Source: Selaginella moellendorffii
Lineage: Eukaryota; Plantae; Lycopodiophyta
Length of the DNA: 64,000 bases
Assembly: GCF_000143415.4 (NCBI RefSeq)
Contig: NW_003314428.1
Location: 144,209-208,208, forward strand
Direction: 5' to 3'
The translations under genes were made by a program, and so were the position numbers. Below are positions 24,416 to 38,658 of this stretch, one piece after another. The notes beneath the pieces were generated by a model, which saw only the letters and a list, made by a program, of their open reading frames with translations, did no database searches and was not told the DNA's origin. Position 1 is the stretch's first letter. Each line of letters begins with the position of its first letter.

Positions 24416-27400
24416 TATTGTAAGAAAAATGAATTATAAATTTATTTGCCTCTCTCTTTAAGAGGATTGCTATAAAGTGAAACTCTGGTCCACGTGTCAC
24501 CAACCTACATCATCTTCTTCACGTTCAAGTACAAACCTTAGCAATTCCAGCGGCAAGATGAGAGAGATTTCGAGAAAGAAGTATTTAGATGTCAATTCTC
24601 ATATAAAAGACCACGTAAAACATTGTAACAGTGATTCTGGCGATATTAACACCACCTCATGTGAGATTAACACCGCTTCAGCTAGATTAACACGAGGGAA
24701 GGGCACTCTCCCTCAAGTGTTTTACCTAAAGGGAGGGATTGTGCCGCCCTCTCCAAACTCACTAAATTGGAATGATTGGCAGAAGTTAAATCTGAATTGT
24801 CTAGATAGTGTAGAGTAGGCAAGACTTATATGGCTCTGTGATCAATCCCAAAATGAAGTGGCTATCAATCATGGGCGACTATGCAGCGATCACTATCCTC
24901 CTCCTGGGATCCTGGAGCCTGCTCCAACTTTTAATTATGGATTTCTTATGTTCCATCTCCAGGATGATGAATTTAGAATCTCTTGGAACTTTCTATGCAG
25001 GCATTTGCTTTCATTTCAAGTACAAGACTTGCAGAATAAAAGAAGCCAGCTTTGATTATCTACAAAACCTTGCTTTCTAAAGTTTACAGCTATAACTTTC
25101 AACTGGTTATTTTAAAATTAATATTAAAATGCTTACTCTTGATGCTAAAATGCTTGAAAATACAATGTACCCAAAATATTTTATACTTCTCCAAGCGGAG
25201 CTGGGATCCCAGCTAGTACTATTTCAAAACCTTTTATGAGAAATAAAAAAAAAGAATAAAGCAATTTTTATAATTATCAATTAAATTAACTCTCTCATTT
25301 GCAAAAATTGTATTGAGTCTATGCATGAAATGGAAGCCCACTTTACTCAAACTTTGGAAATTATTATTTAGAGGATTCTCCACTACACTATATGAGAAAA
25401 AAGATTGTCCACTCACATTAGCAATTGTTAAGTATAGTGTAAAGTTTGTGTGTATTTAGAGAAAGAAGTGCTCCACCAAGGAGAACAACAATGACTCAAT
25501 TTACAAGAAAAGAGTATATTTGTTTGGAAAGAGTATGATTATTTTGGTTTACCCTTTATCAGAGAGATTAAAGTAGGTTCTGATTTACTGGGAATGTGGT
25601 TTAGCTTTCAAAGTTTCTACAGACAGGTGCTTATCCATTACATTTCATAAAAGAGCATTGGGAAACATTGAGTGAAAGTGAAGTCATTGCCCTTCACATG
25701 GTAACGGTTTGAAGTTTCTTCTCCTATAAGGAACTCTCAGCTTGTCCGAGTTTGATACTTACGTTAGCACTTGGGCTCCTAATGTTCCTAGAGGATTCTT
25801 ATGCAACTAAATTCAACAGGTGCTAAAGATCATTTGGAGGAATGGCTGTATACCTTTAAGTCGGTGATAGACCTTGCAATGAGTGCCACAGTCTATGCTC
25901 TTATCACTTACACAGCATTCCTTACACGGCCTTGATCGTGTCTGTAGGAAAATCTGGGTTCCAGATCAACAGAAAAAAAAAACCTTGCTGCTAGAAAAAA
26001 AAAAAAAAAAACCAACCAGCAGCTGGTACTTCAGTTTGGTTCTTCCAGGCCTTCTTGAGGGAAATAATAGTTATTAGCTTCATTAATGCATTGTGTAAAG
26101 ACGGGAAATAAAAACAATAATCGATGTTATTATTTGTCTGTTTTGTAGAAAATAGGGCAAGAAACTTACCTGGTTGGCTCTTTTGTGCTCATTTGTGTGA
26201 GTCTCAAAGAGTGAGTTTATAGGTCGCTGCACTTTTCTTCTGTCATGCCGCATCCATGGAGAGGAAAAATTTATGTGAAGATTCAGCAGCTAGACAGGCA
26301 AATGAAGGAAGCAGGTACCTCTAAGACACCAACGTGGAGGGCATTTTTCGGATAAACAAGAAACAAATGTGACACATCTAATGCCAGAGCTGTGAACCGA
26401 ATCGTCTCAACCTTGAGGCGTGACTGAATCACCTGCGATATGTAGGAAAGACATTGGAAGGGCTTGTTAGCCAGGAGACTTTATCATATATACAATGATG
26501 GCTGGCTGATAATCCGGTCGGCAATAGGTTCAATGTACTTATTTTAGCCCTCCAAAACACTCGTGCAAGTTAAAGCAAGAACCCAAGTTTGCCATACGAA
26601 GATCACACCAAGCACTGAGCAGCAAAGATGTGGTCCACATTTGCTCAGATTCTCGATGAATTCCATAAGACAATGTGGGAATCATCAAGCTTGTATACGC
26701 TGACCATTTGCCTTTATATATAATCTACTTTTTACTTGATACCACGCTGACCATTTGCCTTTAATCTACTTTTTACATTGAAGATCCACCAAAAACCATG
26801 TTGCTTGAGGTTCTTTCTCTCGTTGTCTCACATCTTGTACAAAAGCTTGCGTGATACAGTACCTGGCCAATGACACGCACTTAGCAAAGATGTGAGCTCC
26901 ACTTCGTTGTGCACAGGGGAGAAGATTCGGCAATGCTGGAGAAGGGATCGGATCAGTGCTTTATTCATTCTACCCATTTTTCTGCCCAGCTTTTCCTGCA
27001 TTTTCAATCAAGTCGAGTGACTGATGAACTTGAAAAGCAAATGAAGATACCAGAAAGGCACCTTATGTAAAAGCCCAGCCTTCACTCAGCCTTTCACTCA
27101 TCCGATTCCTGAAGGAGGTCCGTAGCAGCCACCTAAGCTCCCGTTGCAAACCTTTTCAAAATGAACCTGCACCCAAAGCCTGCTTTCTACTTCATTAATG
27201 GACTTTACCATCTCGAACTCATCAAAACTGTCACACAAGATTGAATGCACAAGTAGAAAATAACACAAGAACGAAGTTTAAGAAGCACTTCACAAGAGAA
27301 AATGTGTCAGTGAACAGATTATACATTCTCTAAGAGGTTGGCAGCTTCAATCAAGATGGCTGCAAGAAAGTAGAATATCACAAAGACACGGCCATGCAAA

Positions 27401-27466
27401 CTTTGGATATAGAAGTGTGCCTGGTTTGAGTTTGGGTGTATGGAACCCGAAAGCCATTTGAACCAG

Positions 27467-28110
27467 CTATATTTTCGCGTAGTTGCCTGGTGCCAAGAAC
27501 AGCGTTGTCTCGACCTCCTGTACAAAAGCATTGGAGAGGAGTACATATGGCGATGATCGCGTGGGTGATACGCTCCCCAGATCCATGGCTGCCTGTGCGG
27601 TCTGGTCAGTGTCACAATGCAAACCACAAGCACGGAGCAGAGATGTGAGCTCCACTTCGTCTGGGACGAACAGAATGCTCATTGCTAGATCGATCGCGTC
27701 GCCCAACCGGCCGATCCGTGCCAGGAGACCCATCATGCACGAAAAGTGTGATCCCTCAGCCCAAACACCGTGATCCATGAGCAGCGACTGGAAGTGGTGG
27801 CAGCTCTCATTGATCACAGAGGACGGTGAGGAGTGTCATGCCATCGGGATCCACTCCCGTTATCCACATTGAGCGCATTGTTGGAGTTGGATCCATTGTT
27901 GGAGTGGCCGGCAATCATTGTGTTCCAGAGCGTCATGTCTGGATTGGCGATGCCGGAGAAGAGAGCCTGCACTCACTGGAGCTGCCCGGTCTTGGAATAG
28001 ACGTTGAACATCACCGTGAGGGACAGCTGATCTGGCTGTGTGGTCGCGGACTGGGTCATGGAGTGGAAGAGATCTGCGGAGCTCGGATCCCAAGACACCA
28101 AAGAAGAAAA
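27467..28110 (-). pseudogene. PLS-E class pentatricopeptide repeat pseudogene
   Basis: DMTLWNTMIAGH, GVDPDGMTLLTVL, HFSCMMGLLARIGRLGDAIDL...PDEVELTSLLRAC and the E-domain-like SPYVLLSNAF. Stop and frameshifts present. Confidence 0.85.
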
Positions 28111-28607
28111 ATTTTCTGTGGTCATTACCTTTGGGTCAAATGGCATAATGCCATAGACTTCCAATTCTCTGTTTAGCTCTTTCAAGTCTAGTATGCAAAA
28201 CAAAAGAAAGAAACGGCTTTAGCAACATTTACCAACCAAAGAATTGACATGATGATCTGAGCAAATGCGAGGAAGTATCACTTCTTTCCCACCTCGGCTG
28301 GCACTTCCCTGATTTATAGAAAGTCTACTACAAAGATACTCAAAACTAAGAAACCTCACAAATGCTTATTATCTTAAATTGTAGTGAATAGCTGTCCACC
28401 AGTTTGCATTCGTGTTGTTTTGTGCCAAGTCTGTAACAAAGCAAAGATATATTAGAAATTGAGCAAGAAAGAAACAACAAAGCTGTAGTCCAGTGCTAAA
28501 ACTGCATTCAAAAGGTCACCATAACATATATGAACCTTCAGGTGAAACTTCTCTTAGCCACGAAAACATATATGTTTAAAGGTTTCCAAGTTAAATTTAC
28601 TTCACCT

Positions 28608-31600
28608 CTAAGTCCCAAAGTGGAGCTCAAGATGATGCATGAGGTAGTGGTCAAGGTGGAAATCCAACAAGAGTAACAAGTTTGAACTAAAAGCTCTAAC
28701 TCGGAAAGTCAAAAGCAAGAGTGGACCCACAAAGAAGTGCTCGAGGAGTGAGCACGAATCAATCAATAAGTGAGTCTTTAGAAAGGGATATGAGACAGAC
28801 CAACACGTGGACTAAAACTTGGTCCAAGGACCGAGACCAAAACTAAAAAGACAGAGTATAAGTTCGAGTCCAAGTCTGAGGGTGAAAGCCCAAAGTGATC
28901 ATCTCTCAGACCTTGGGGGGTTTGGTAAATCCCTATGGGATACTAGGGGAAGGACTCTAGTGGAACCAATTTGGCTAAGGAAGGGTAGTGTGAGCAAGGA
29001 AGGTTACACACATGTGTTGGGTGATGATATAAGCGTTAAAGAGTTCAAGGCTAGAATAAACATGAATGGACAAGTGAGGTGACTTGGTGAAGTGTTCAAG
29101 AACCAGCCCTAGCTCTCCTAGAAAATCAAATGGCCAATTCTCTCAATCCAAGTATAGGTGGCACTACCCACTTAGATACCTTATATAGCTTATCAAAACC
29201 TTGCTCTAGCCATATAGTTAGGGCACCCTAGTGGCAGAAGATGAGGGGGAGTACCCACAAAAAGTGTGTTGGGCCATGGTGTTTTAACATATTGTCCCGA
29301 ACTCTCAGACCATGGAAAAGAAGACGAGCAGTCCTTTTGCTTAGGGACCAAGGGTTATGGTGAGGATGTCTCAAAGGTTAGTGGGACTTAGTGAAGGGGC
29401 CTTTGGGCCCTAGATCAATGGCAGTGTTGATAAGCACTGCCATGGATAGAGAGAGACTTGGTGAGAAAAAAAAAGGGATATTAGGGGATAATGTTCCCTA
29501 TGTCTTAGGGCATCTTAAGATGTTTAAGTGTGGTCATAGGATGACCACTCATGGATAGATTTTCCAATCTCAAAAAGACAGGACCATGCTATCAGTGTTT
29601 TTGTTCTACCATTGAGATATTGAGAATGAACATGCCTTTAGTGTAAAAGGCTAGTATGTTGGTAGAGTACCTTTGGGTGTTTGAAGTGGGACCAAAAGCA
29701 TAGAGCACTTAGACCATGTGTGAAGTCGGTGTGGTTGTGGAAGCTAGTAAGTACCCTAAGTCAAGATGAGGACTTAACGAGGTTGTGAGTGAAACTCCTC
29801 TGAGAATGCTAACTGATACTTTAAGTACATACCTAAATCCTTGGGTTGTTCTAATATTTATTAAAAGTAACCCCAACTACCATTTCAAGGGCATATATCT
29901 TCACCCATATTTGACATCCTATAGTTATCAACTCTAGTCTCATATTCATGAGCACTATCCTCAACTATATAAGGATACTTTTATGACTCCTTTATTGTCT
30001 AGAAGTTCTTATCCTTCATGTGATCCCAACTATAGGTTTTTACCATAACCATATTAGCTAATTTGCTAAGTCAAATGTTTATATAGATCACATCCTCAAC
30101 TCTCTAAGAAAAACCTTCTACTATTCTCGAGATCCTAAAGTCGTTCTCTTATTGGCCCCTTTGTATCCACCACATTCCCTACAAGTTCACATATGAACTA
30201 AAGTGGAGAGCTACACCCCATGACATGCTATTCTTTAAATGTAGCCCCACTCTTGGGACATTCAAATATCAACACCAAATGGTGATATACTTAATGGCTA
30301 ATATGATTCAGACTAAAGAATAGTTTTGATACAATGTTGTAAGAGATTAAATTTTCCATTCTACTTTAGTCACTTAACCACACTTTTGACCACTTGAGAA
30401 TATGAATACAAGAAGTTATATTCAAGTATAGTAGCACCTCAAAAGAATTTATGAGGCTAATGTAAGTGACCAAATTTTTCATTCTACCTTAGTCACTTAA
30501 CCACATCTTCAACCACTTGGAAGAGTCTCATTCATAACCTTTATAAGACCTATTCTCAACTTGGTCCAAGTGCTGTGATCCTATGATAGACACCCAAAGG
30601 TGCCATTGACTTATCAGCCCATTACACTAAGGTTATGTCCATTCAACTTTGTTTCATTGGTAGTCCAAAACCACCTGTACTACAGTCCCACCTTTCAAAG
30701 ATTGGGCCATTTATCCATGAATGGTCATTCCAAGACCACATCTTAACATCCTTAAGATGTTCGAAGACATGGGGAACACCCTTCCCCAATGTCTCTTCTT
30801 CAGTCCCCACCAAGTTGTAAGCAACCAAAGGGAACGACTCGAGAGATGATCCTTGGGGTTCAAATATAGAGGGAAAGGGCCCATGAACAAGAGTGCACCC
30901 CCTTTTCCAATCGGTTAAGGGTCTTGGGATATTTGAGGTTAAGCGTCCTTGGGTGTGAATAGTACTGGGCTGGGTGACCTCCCGGGAAGTCCAAACTCAT
31001 GAGCTTACATTTGGTATCGGAGCGGTCTCGGGTCCGACTCTGTTGGTTGGCTAGCACATGTTGATTGACATCTGGCTGGTCCAGTTTGCTCCCGCTGGGC
31101 TCGACCCAAGGGGTAGGGTGTCAAGAGAGCGAGGCTCTCGGGAGAGCTGCGGCTCTCAGCTTCTGTTCACGAGGGCATGAACTTGCAGGGAAGCGTGGTG
31201 GATTGTAAGCAACCAAAGGGAACGACTCGAGAGATGATCATTGGGGTTCAAATATAGAGGGAAAGGGCCCATGAACAAGAGTGCACCCCCTTTTCCAATC
31301 GGTTAAGGGTCTTGGGATATTTGAGGTTAAGCGTCCTTGGGTGTGAATAGTACTAGGCTGGGTGACCTCCCGGGAAGTCCAAACTCAGGAGCTTACACAA
31401 GTCTCTCTCCAATCATGGCCATGCTCACCAACACTACTATTGGGTTAGGGTTTAAAGGCCCGACCACTAAGTCTTATTGTCCTTTAGGACTTCTTCACTA
31501 TGTGACCATATCCTTGGTCACTACGTAAGAGGACTATTCCTTTTCCTTTCTAGAGTTTAGAGCTTTGGGATGACATTTTCAAAATTCCGTGGCTCTATGT

Positions 31601-31902
31601 GAGCCTCGTAATAACTCTCCTCACCTTCTGCCCTTAGGTGCCCTAGCTATGTGGCTAGAGCAAGGTTTGGAAGAGCCACCCTAGGTATCCAAGTAGGTAA
31701 TGCCACCCACACTTGGATTAGGAGTATTGACTATTTGATCTTCTGGGGGAGCTAAAGCCACCTCTTGAACACTTTACACCAAGTTACCCCATTTGTCTGT
31801 CCATATTCACTCTAGCTTTGGACTCCTTAGTGGTTATATTATCACTTGTGGGTATAGCCTTCCTTGGTCACACTAATTTTTCCTAGCTAAATTGGTTCCA
31901 CT
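28608..31902. mobile_element. Decayed family A pieces: LTR (+, ~28608-29800), then internal region and LTR (-, ~29820-31902)
   Basis: Similarity to 61-2425 and 58290-58800. Confidence 0.75.
30816..31397 (+). mobile_element. Intact Cassandra TRIM (5S-rRNA-derived LTRs)
   Basis: 194-bp LTRs at 30816-31009 and 31204-31397 (TGTAAG...CTTACA). TSD CAAGT, Met PBS TGGTATCGGAGC, purine-rich PPT. Each LTR contains GTTAAGCGTCCTTGGG...AGTACTGGGCTGGGTGACCTCCCGGGAAGTCC, the 5S A-box/C-box region. Confidence 0.95.
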
Positions 31903-33003
31903 CAAGAAATGAGCATGAAGTAATCGATGAATGAGTCTCTAGAAAGGGACACAAGAAGGATTGACACATGGCAAGTGTTGTGACATATGGAAGTGTTAGG
32001 ACCTAGTCCAAGATGGAGTTCAATAAGGAGTTTGAGATGGAGTTTGAGTTGGAGTATGAGAAGGAGTCTGAAATAGAGTTTGAGATTAGAGAGGTATATG
32101 CATTTTGCATCGTGATTTTCGCACAAAGGCATTTCCTGAGTCAGGAATTGAGATCAAGATTTCTCCCGGTCTAAATTCTTGACTTGGATGACTGGGCATG
32201 TAGTGGTTATATAGGCTGGTGATAGCACGCCAGACCTATCCCTTTTCTATCTTTTTATATCCTTGGCCATAATAACATACACTCCACTTGCTCAATATCT
32301 ACTCTTCTCTTCCATGCCTATCTTACTCACTGCCTTCTGGGGATCAAGGCTGTGAGATGTGCATCAATCTCAGCATCAACATCTTTGCAACAGCACATGG
32401 CTAAGTATTTCTTTCCTTTTTATGTTTGGATCTAGTTTAGATTAGAGAGGATTCACAAGATCATTGTAGAGGTGATTTTGTAGTTTTCCACTTTGGCGAC
32501 CACGGTGGGATAGGCGAAGTGAAGAGCACCCAAAGAACAAATACTGGAAGCCTTAGCCACAACTAAAAGAACAAGCCGAAGTCAAGAATCAAGGGAAAAG
32601 TCAAAAAGAAACAAAAAGAAGAAAATCGACAAAAATCTACAGCAAGAAGCATGGCAAACATGCTAGAGACCAAGCGCTTGAAGACTATGATCATCTAGTG
32701 ATCGCCCACTTCTCAGAAAGTCCAAGCATCTTCCATAACCGCCTCTTGGCGAGAGGTTGATGACAAAGAATATTCTGCATAACAGAATATTTGAAGAATC
32801 TCCGACAAGAAATCAGAGCAAGCAAATGTTAACGAGCATGAAAACATAAAGAACCCTTGAAGATTAAAGCCACCCAAGTCGCAGAAAACTTGGGGTGTGA
32901 GCGTAATCGCTTTTAGTGAGAGGTTGAAGAAAACGAATATATCAAGAATCTGCGACAAAGAAACGACTAAAGAAAAATTCTAGCAGCTGGCGATGGAGGA
33001 AGA

Positions 33004-36000
33004 ATGAAAAAGCACGACTACCCATTTGGAGATACAAGCTGTACAAGATACAAGGATTGTCTTTTGTGTGGTTTCAGAAATTGTGCAAAACCATACAAGC
33101 AATGCTATCCAAAATGGCAATGCAATACTTGCAAGCAAGCGAAAGAAAGACTCTGAATCAGGGATGAAAGTGCTACAGTAGAAGAGAGAAAGAAACGGGA
33201 AGCAATAGCCAAAGAAGATGACACTAAAAAGAGTAACGATAGTTTAGAAAAAGAAGAGAAACAAAGCTTTGGTTGCTTTCAAAAACTTCAAGAAACACTT
33301 TTGAGACTCTCTTACAAATTGTCTAGCAAATAGGAAGAATGCGAAAATGAGGAAATGTTGAAAGAAAAACATGTTTACTTCGATTTCTTTGCAACTCGAA
33401 GAACCCTGACTTGGGTGTATCGTGGACACATCTTTCAACAGACAATTATCGAATTCCTAGGCATACATAAACATGAAACTTTTCAACCATTAATGTTTGT
33501 TTTCAACACTGATTTGACGAGAGTTATAGCAGGAACAGAGTGTGGAACCATTAAACCACAAGTTCATTGGTTTGTTGACACACTTAGATTTAGGGATTTT
33601 GAAGAAAATGCAAAATTACTTTATCAACTTCTTTAAAGTCCTCTAGGTGTAACTCTACCAACAAGCACCCTTAACGAACTATACACTATAGCATATTGGC
33701 ATCGTTTAGGATGGACAAGAATAGCTGGAGAATTAAGGAATCAAGAACAAGTCAATCAACAAATTCGAATTGAGAATTTGAGTTCAAGAAACCGACGGGA
33801 ACCTCAACAACAATAAATTTTAGAAACGATTTTAAACAAGTACGACAAAGAGGATAAACAAATTCAAGTTGCCGAGTCGAGCAACCCAGTTAAAGATAAC
33901 AAAGAACTGAATATCAAAGACACCCCAGAGTTTGAGACATTTGAAGAAGCAGAATACACAGCACCAGATTACTCAAATCCAGACTCGCCAGAACAACAAC
34001 TCAACCAACAAAGTCTACAACCGCCTATGGCAATCATTAATCCGATGAGTACAATTGGAAGCATGGTTACATATCCAATTTTCACAGGAAGTAAGACAGA
34101 AGATTCAGAATTACATGTAAAACAATTCAACCAGATTGTCAAAATGAACAATCAAGAACAGCATCAAGACATACTTTTCCCATACACACTTAAAGGAAAA
34201 GCTCTTGAGTGGTATAATACTCTAGAGGATTTTGTACCACATGATGAGAAACTTGAACAATTCAAGGAACAATTACCAGCTGGAGGAACACCAGAGGAGC
34301 ATTATGAGCACATTAAGAATATAAAACAGCAACCAAGGGAAGGAATTCAAGACTATACTAGACGATTCAAATTACATGCAAAGAAATGTAAAGATCTCAT
34401 TACTGACAAAGGCAAGAGTTTGTCTTATATACAAGGATTACGAGAAGCCTATCGCAACATGATTGCATTGGCTGATACACCAGATGAAGAAAGTGTTGAT
34501 GCACTATCTCAAGGAATCTTAAAACTAAAACGAAGGACATTCTGTTTCAGACTGTAAATTCCAATTACCCAAATGTCAAATTTGTGATAGAGAAGGACAT
34601 ATAGCCAAGAATTGTCGATATAGGAATATCACCGAAGTTTCAAAAGTAGAAAATGTTCAACGAGGAACACCACGACAAAATTATCAAGGAAACAACAATC
34701 AAGAACAGAGACCACCAAGAAACTATTATTATCAAGATAATCAACAATATAATCAAGGATATAATCGTGGATATAATCCCCCACAAAATCAAGACTATAA
34801 TCAAGGACAAAATGATTATAGAAGCAATTACAACCAACAACGATACAATGGACACCAAAACAATTATCAACGTCCACAATGGAACAACTACAACCAAAGC
34901 CAACAAAGGCAATATAACAATTACAACAATCAAGCCTTGCAACAGCATTATCAACCAAGACAAAATCGACCGCAAGAAAATCAAATTCGACAACAATACA
35001 ATGCACAAAACCAAAGAGTCAATCAACCTCCTGCTGGAAGACCACCAGCAGCACGAGTAGTTCAACCAGAAGTTGAAGAACAACTAATGACTGAAGAACT
35101 AGAAGTTTTGGCAATCACTAGAACACAATATGAATGTCAACAACCTGATAATTATGAAGAATAAGATGAAAGTGATGACGCGATAGAAATCGAGAATACC
35201 GAGTGGAAAAAGAGTAAGAAAATACTTAACACCATTCAACAAGAGCTTCGAAACAAAGATCCCGAAATTATTAATGATCAAATATACAATCAAGACGACC
35301 AAACTCAAGTATTAAGCTTTACTCAAGATGAGCATACAACCATTGTTGAGCACATACTACAGCAGGGAATTACTTTAACCCTACAGCAAATACTGCAAAT
35401 AGCACCATATATGAAAGACCAAATCTTGAAGATCTGTAATCGAAGGATCCCTGAAGCTTGCACACAAGAAAAACACCAATCTCAACCAACACAACAAGAA
35501 CAAGCTGAAAGAATCCAACCTGGTGATTATGATGATAATGTACCTTGTATCAACGTACACATCGGCAAAAATCATATTGAAAGAGTTATCCTTGATGGAG
35601 GTTCTGGGGTTAATATCATCGAATATGCACTATGCAAAGCTTTAGGATTGGGCAATATACAAGCTACACCATTCAATGTACGCATGGCTGATCAAAGAGT
35701 TGTCAGACCAGCAGGCATCATTCGTGATGTCTCTATGACAGTCAAAGGACATAAATTTAAAGTTAACTTTGTTGTGTTAAAAATGCCAATTGAAGAATCT
35801 TCTTACGAAATCTTGTTAGGCAGACCTTGGCTTAACAAAGCTGTTTCTGCACAGTATTGGATGGAACATGAGATATGTATCCAATCCCAACAAGGACAAA
35901 CTAAAATATCAACATTGACAAGCAAGAAAATCTCAAGAAGTTTCCGACCAACACAAGTTCAAGAATACAATTGGCAAGAAGGCTTAGACAATCTTGAAGA

Positions 36001-38658
36001 AGCTAAATTATTTGAAGCATATCTTGAACTTAAGGCAATTCAAGAAATTGACCTCAACAGGATACTCCCTATAACCAAGTGTCAAGACTATGAAGATTCA
36101 AAACAACCTCATTTAAAGAAGAAACATACAACAAAAACTACCGTACAAAAAGCAAGACCAGCGATACAACCCGAAAAACTACAAACTACAGAATATCACC
36201 TAGATATACAAGACAAATCCGCACTCACCACTGAAAATCAAGAATTCAAACTTTGCGTAAATATCAATGACGATATTGAAGAATTAAATCTAGGGGTTCC
36301 CTCAAACCCACAAAACATCTTAATAGCTACACAACTCGACAAACCATTTAAACTTGAGGCTATTACACTCCTTACTAAGTATAAAGATGTCTTTGCGTGG
36401 TCATATAAAGACCTCAAGGGTATACCACCTGAATTATGTACACATCAAATCGAATTACTTCCAGGAGTTCGACCCATTAAACAAACTGCTTATCGGATGA
36501 ATCCAACATTTGCTGAGAAAGTAAAAGCTGAAATTAACAAGCTCCTTGAAGTAGGATTCATATATCCAATACAAAATGCCCAATGGCTATCACCTTTAGT
36601 CATTGTACCCAAGAAAAATGGGAAATTACGTATCTATGTAAACTACAAGAAGTTAAATGATGCCACAACGAAAGATGCCTTTCCCATCCCATTTTCAAAT
36701 GAAATACTTGATGCCGTTGCCGGACATGAGATGTACTCATTTCTTGACGGTTTTTCAGGCTACAATCAAGTACATCTAGCTGTCAAGGATCAACATAAAA
36801 CAGCTTTCATAAGTCCATGGGGAGCATACACATACATGCGAATGCCATTTGGATTAACCAATGCCCCATTTACATTTCAACGGATCATTACCGATACCTT
36901 CCAAGATTATCTCACAGATTTCATGCGAGTCTTTATGGATGACTTTAGTGTCTTTAGACCTAAAGACAAACACCTTGAATACCTCGAGAAATGTTTTATC
37001 AAATGCAGACAAAACCAAGTTGCTCTGAATCCTGAAAAATGCACTTTCTTTGTTAAATCAGGCATACTATTTGGCCACATTGTTTCCACTCAAGGCATTC
37101 AAATCGATAAAGCTAAAACAGACGTCATTATGAAAATGCAACCACCTTATGATCTTAAAAGCTTGCGTAGTTTTCTGGGCAAGATGGGTTACCATAGAAG
37201 ATTTATCAAGGACTATGCCCAAGTCGCTACACCATTAACTAAGTTACTTAAGAAAGACAAATTCTATCACTGGACTCAAGAATGTCAGCAAGCATTCTTG
37301 ATACTTAAAGAAAAACTTACACAGGCACCAATTCTAGTCCAACCAAACTGGACTCAAGAATTTCTTGTACAAGTTGATGCTTCTGACTATGCGCTAGGAG
37401 CAATTCTGTGCCAAAGAAAAGATGATCATCGTGATCACCCAATATATTATGCAAGTCGACGACTTTCTCCACCTGAAATGAATTATACAACCACAGAAAA
37501 AGAAGCCTTAGGCATGATATATGCCTTGACCAAATTCCGACATTATTTACTTTCCAACAAAGTCAAAATATTCGTTGATCATCAAGCATTGATTCATCTA
37601 CTCAACAAACCCATCCTTAGCGGATGAATAGCAAGATGGTTTTTGTTATTACAAGAATTCAATTTTGAAATAGTTCACAAACCAGGCAAATACCATGAAC
37701 AAACTGATCATCTCAGTAGAATTACAACTGGAGAAAATATACAAGACCCCAATGATTACCTGATTCACATCTTTTTAAGATTACCACCCACGATACACTT
37801 CAAGAAATCTTTAATTATTTAACAACTACAACAGTTCCCACATCATGTACCACGCAAGATCAAAGGAAACAATTTGTCTTGAGGACATGATGATACTCAG
37901 TCGTCGGAGGAAGACTCTATAGAATTGGACATGATAATATATTAAGAAGATGTGTACGTTCACAAGAAGAGATACACACGTTACTAGAAGAAGCCTATGC
38001 AGGTTGCTCTGGAGGGCATTTTGCAGAAGAAATTACAGCAAGGAAAATATTGCAAGCAGGCCTATGGTGGCCTATATTATGGAAAGACACTTCATAGTTT
38101 TGTCAAACTTGTGATATTTGTCAGCGTACACAATTTCCACCCAAGAAACAAACACAAGAACTGAATCCGACTATAGCAATGGAACCTTTCCAAAGATGGG
38201 GCCTAGATTTTGTAGGACCCATACAAAAGAGCAGAAATGGAAATCAATATATTTTGGTAGCAACAGATTATATGACAAAATGGGCAGAAGCCCAACCACT
38301 CAAGAAAGCGACAGCAAAGAATACAGCAAAGTTTCTTTATGAAATGATTATCACAAGATATGGACTACCTCGAGAAATAGTAATGGATAGAGGAACACAT
38401 TTCCTCAATGAAACAATCAAGATTTTACTAGACGAATTTTTCATCAAACATAAGAAATCTACACCATATTATCCACAAGGTAACGGCCAAGCCGAATCCA
38501 CAAACAAAACACTCAAGAATATACTGAAGAAAATAGTGCAAACCAATCTTAAAGATTGGGATAATTGAGTGTATGATGCTCTTTGGGCTTATAGAACAGC
38601 ATATAAAGTTTCAACAAATTCAACTCCATTCAAATTAGCTTATGGACTTGAAGCTTTG
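33004..38658 (+). pseudogene. Gag-Pol: N-terminal extension, Gag, zinc knuckle, protease, RT, RNase H, integrase N-terminal and core domains
   Basis: Motifs: FPYTLKGKALEWY; CQICDREGHIAKNC (34574-34615); ILDGGSG; LDGFSGYNQV...FMDD; VDASDYALGAIL...EKEALGMIYAL; HFAEEITARKIL...CDICQ; WGLDFVGP...MDRGTHF...GQAE. Scattered stops and frameshifts. Confidence 0.93.

Noticed and set aside
24477-25080. Short ORFs after CEP131
   Set aside because: No recognisable domain or consistent splice structure.
30935-30992. 5S rRNA gene
   Set aside because: Only the internal promoter portion is present, and it lies inside Cassandra LTRs.
34629-35083. Hydrophobic Ile/Val/Leu-rich ORFs suggesting a membrane (env) protein
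   Set aside because: They are off-frame or antisense readings of the Gln/Asn/Tyr-rich linker after the Gag zinc knuckle.
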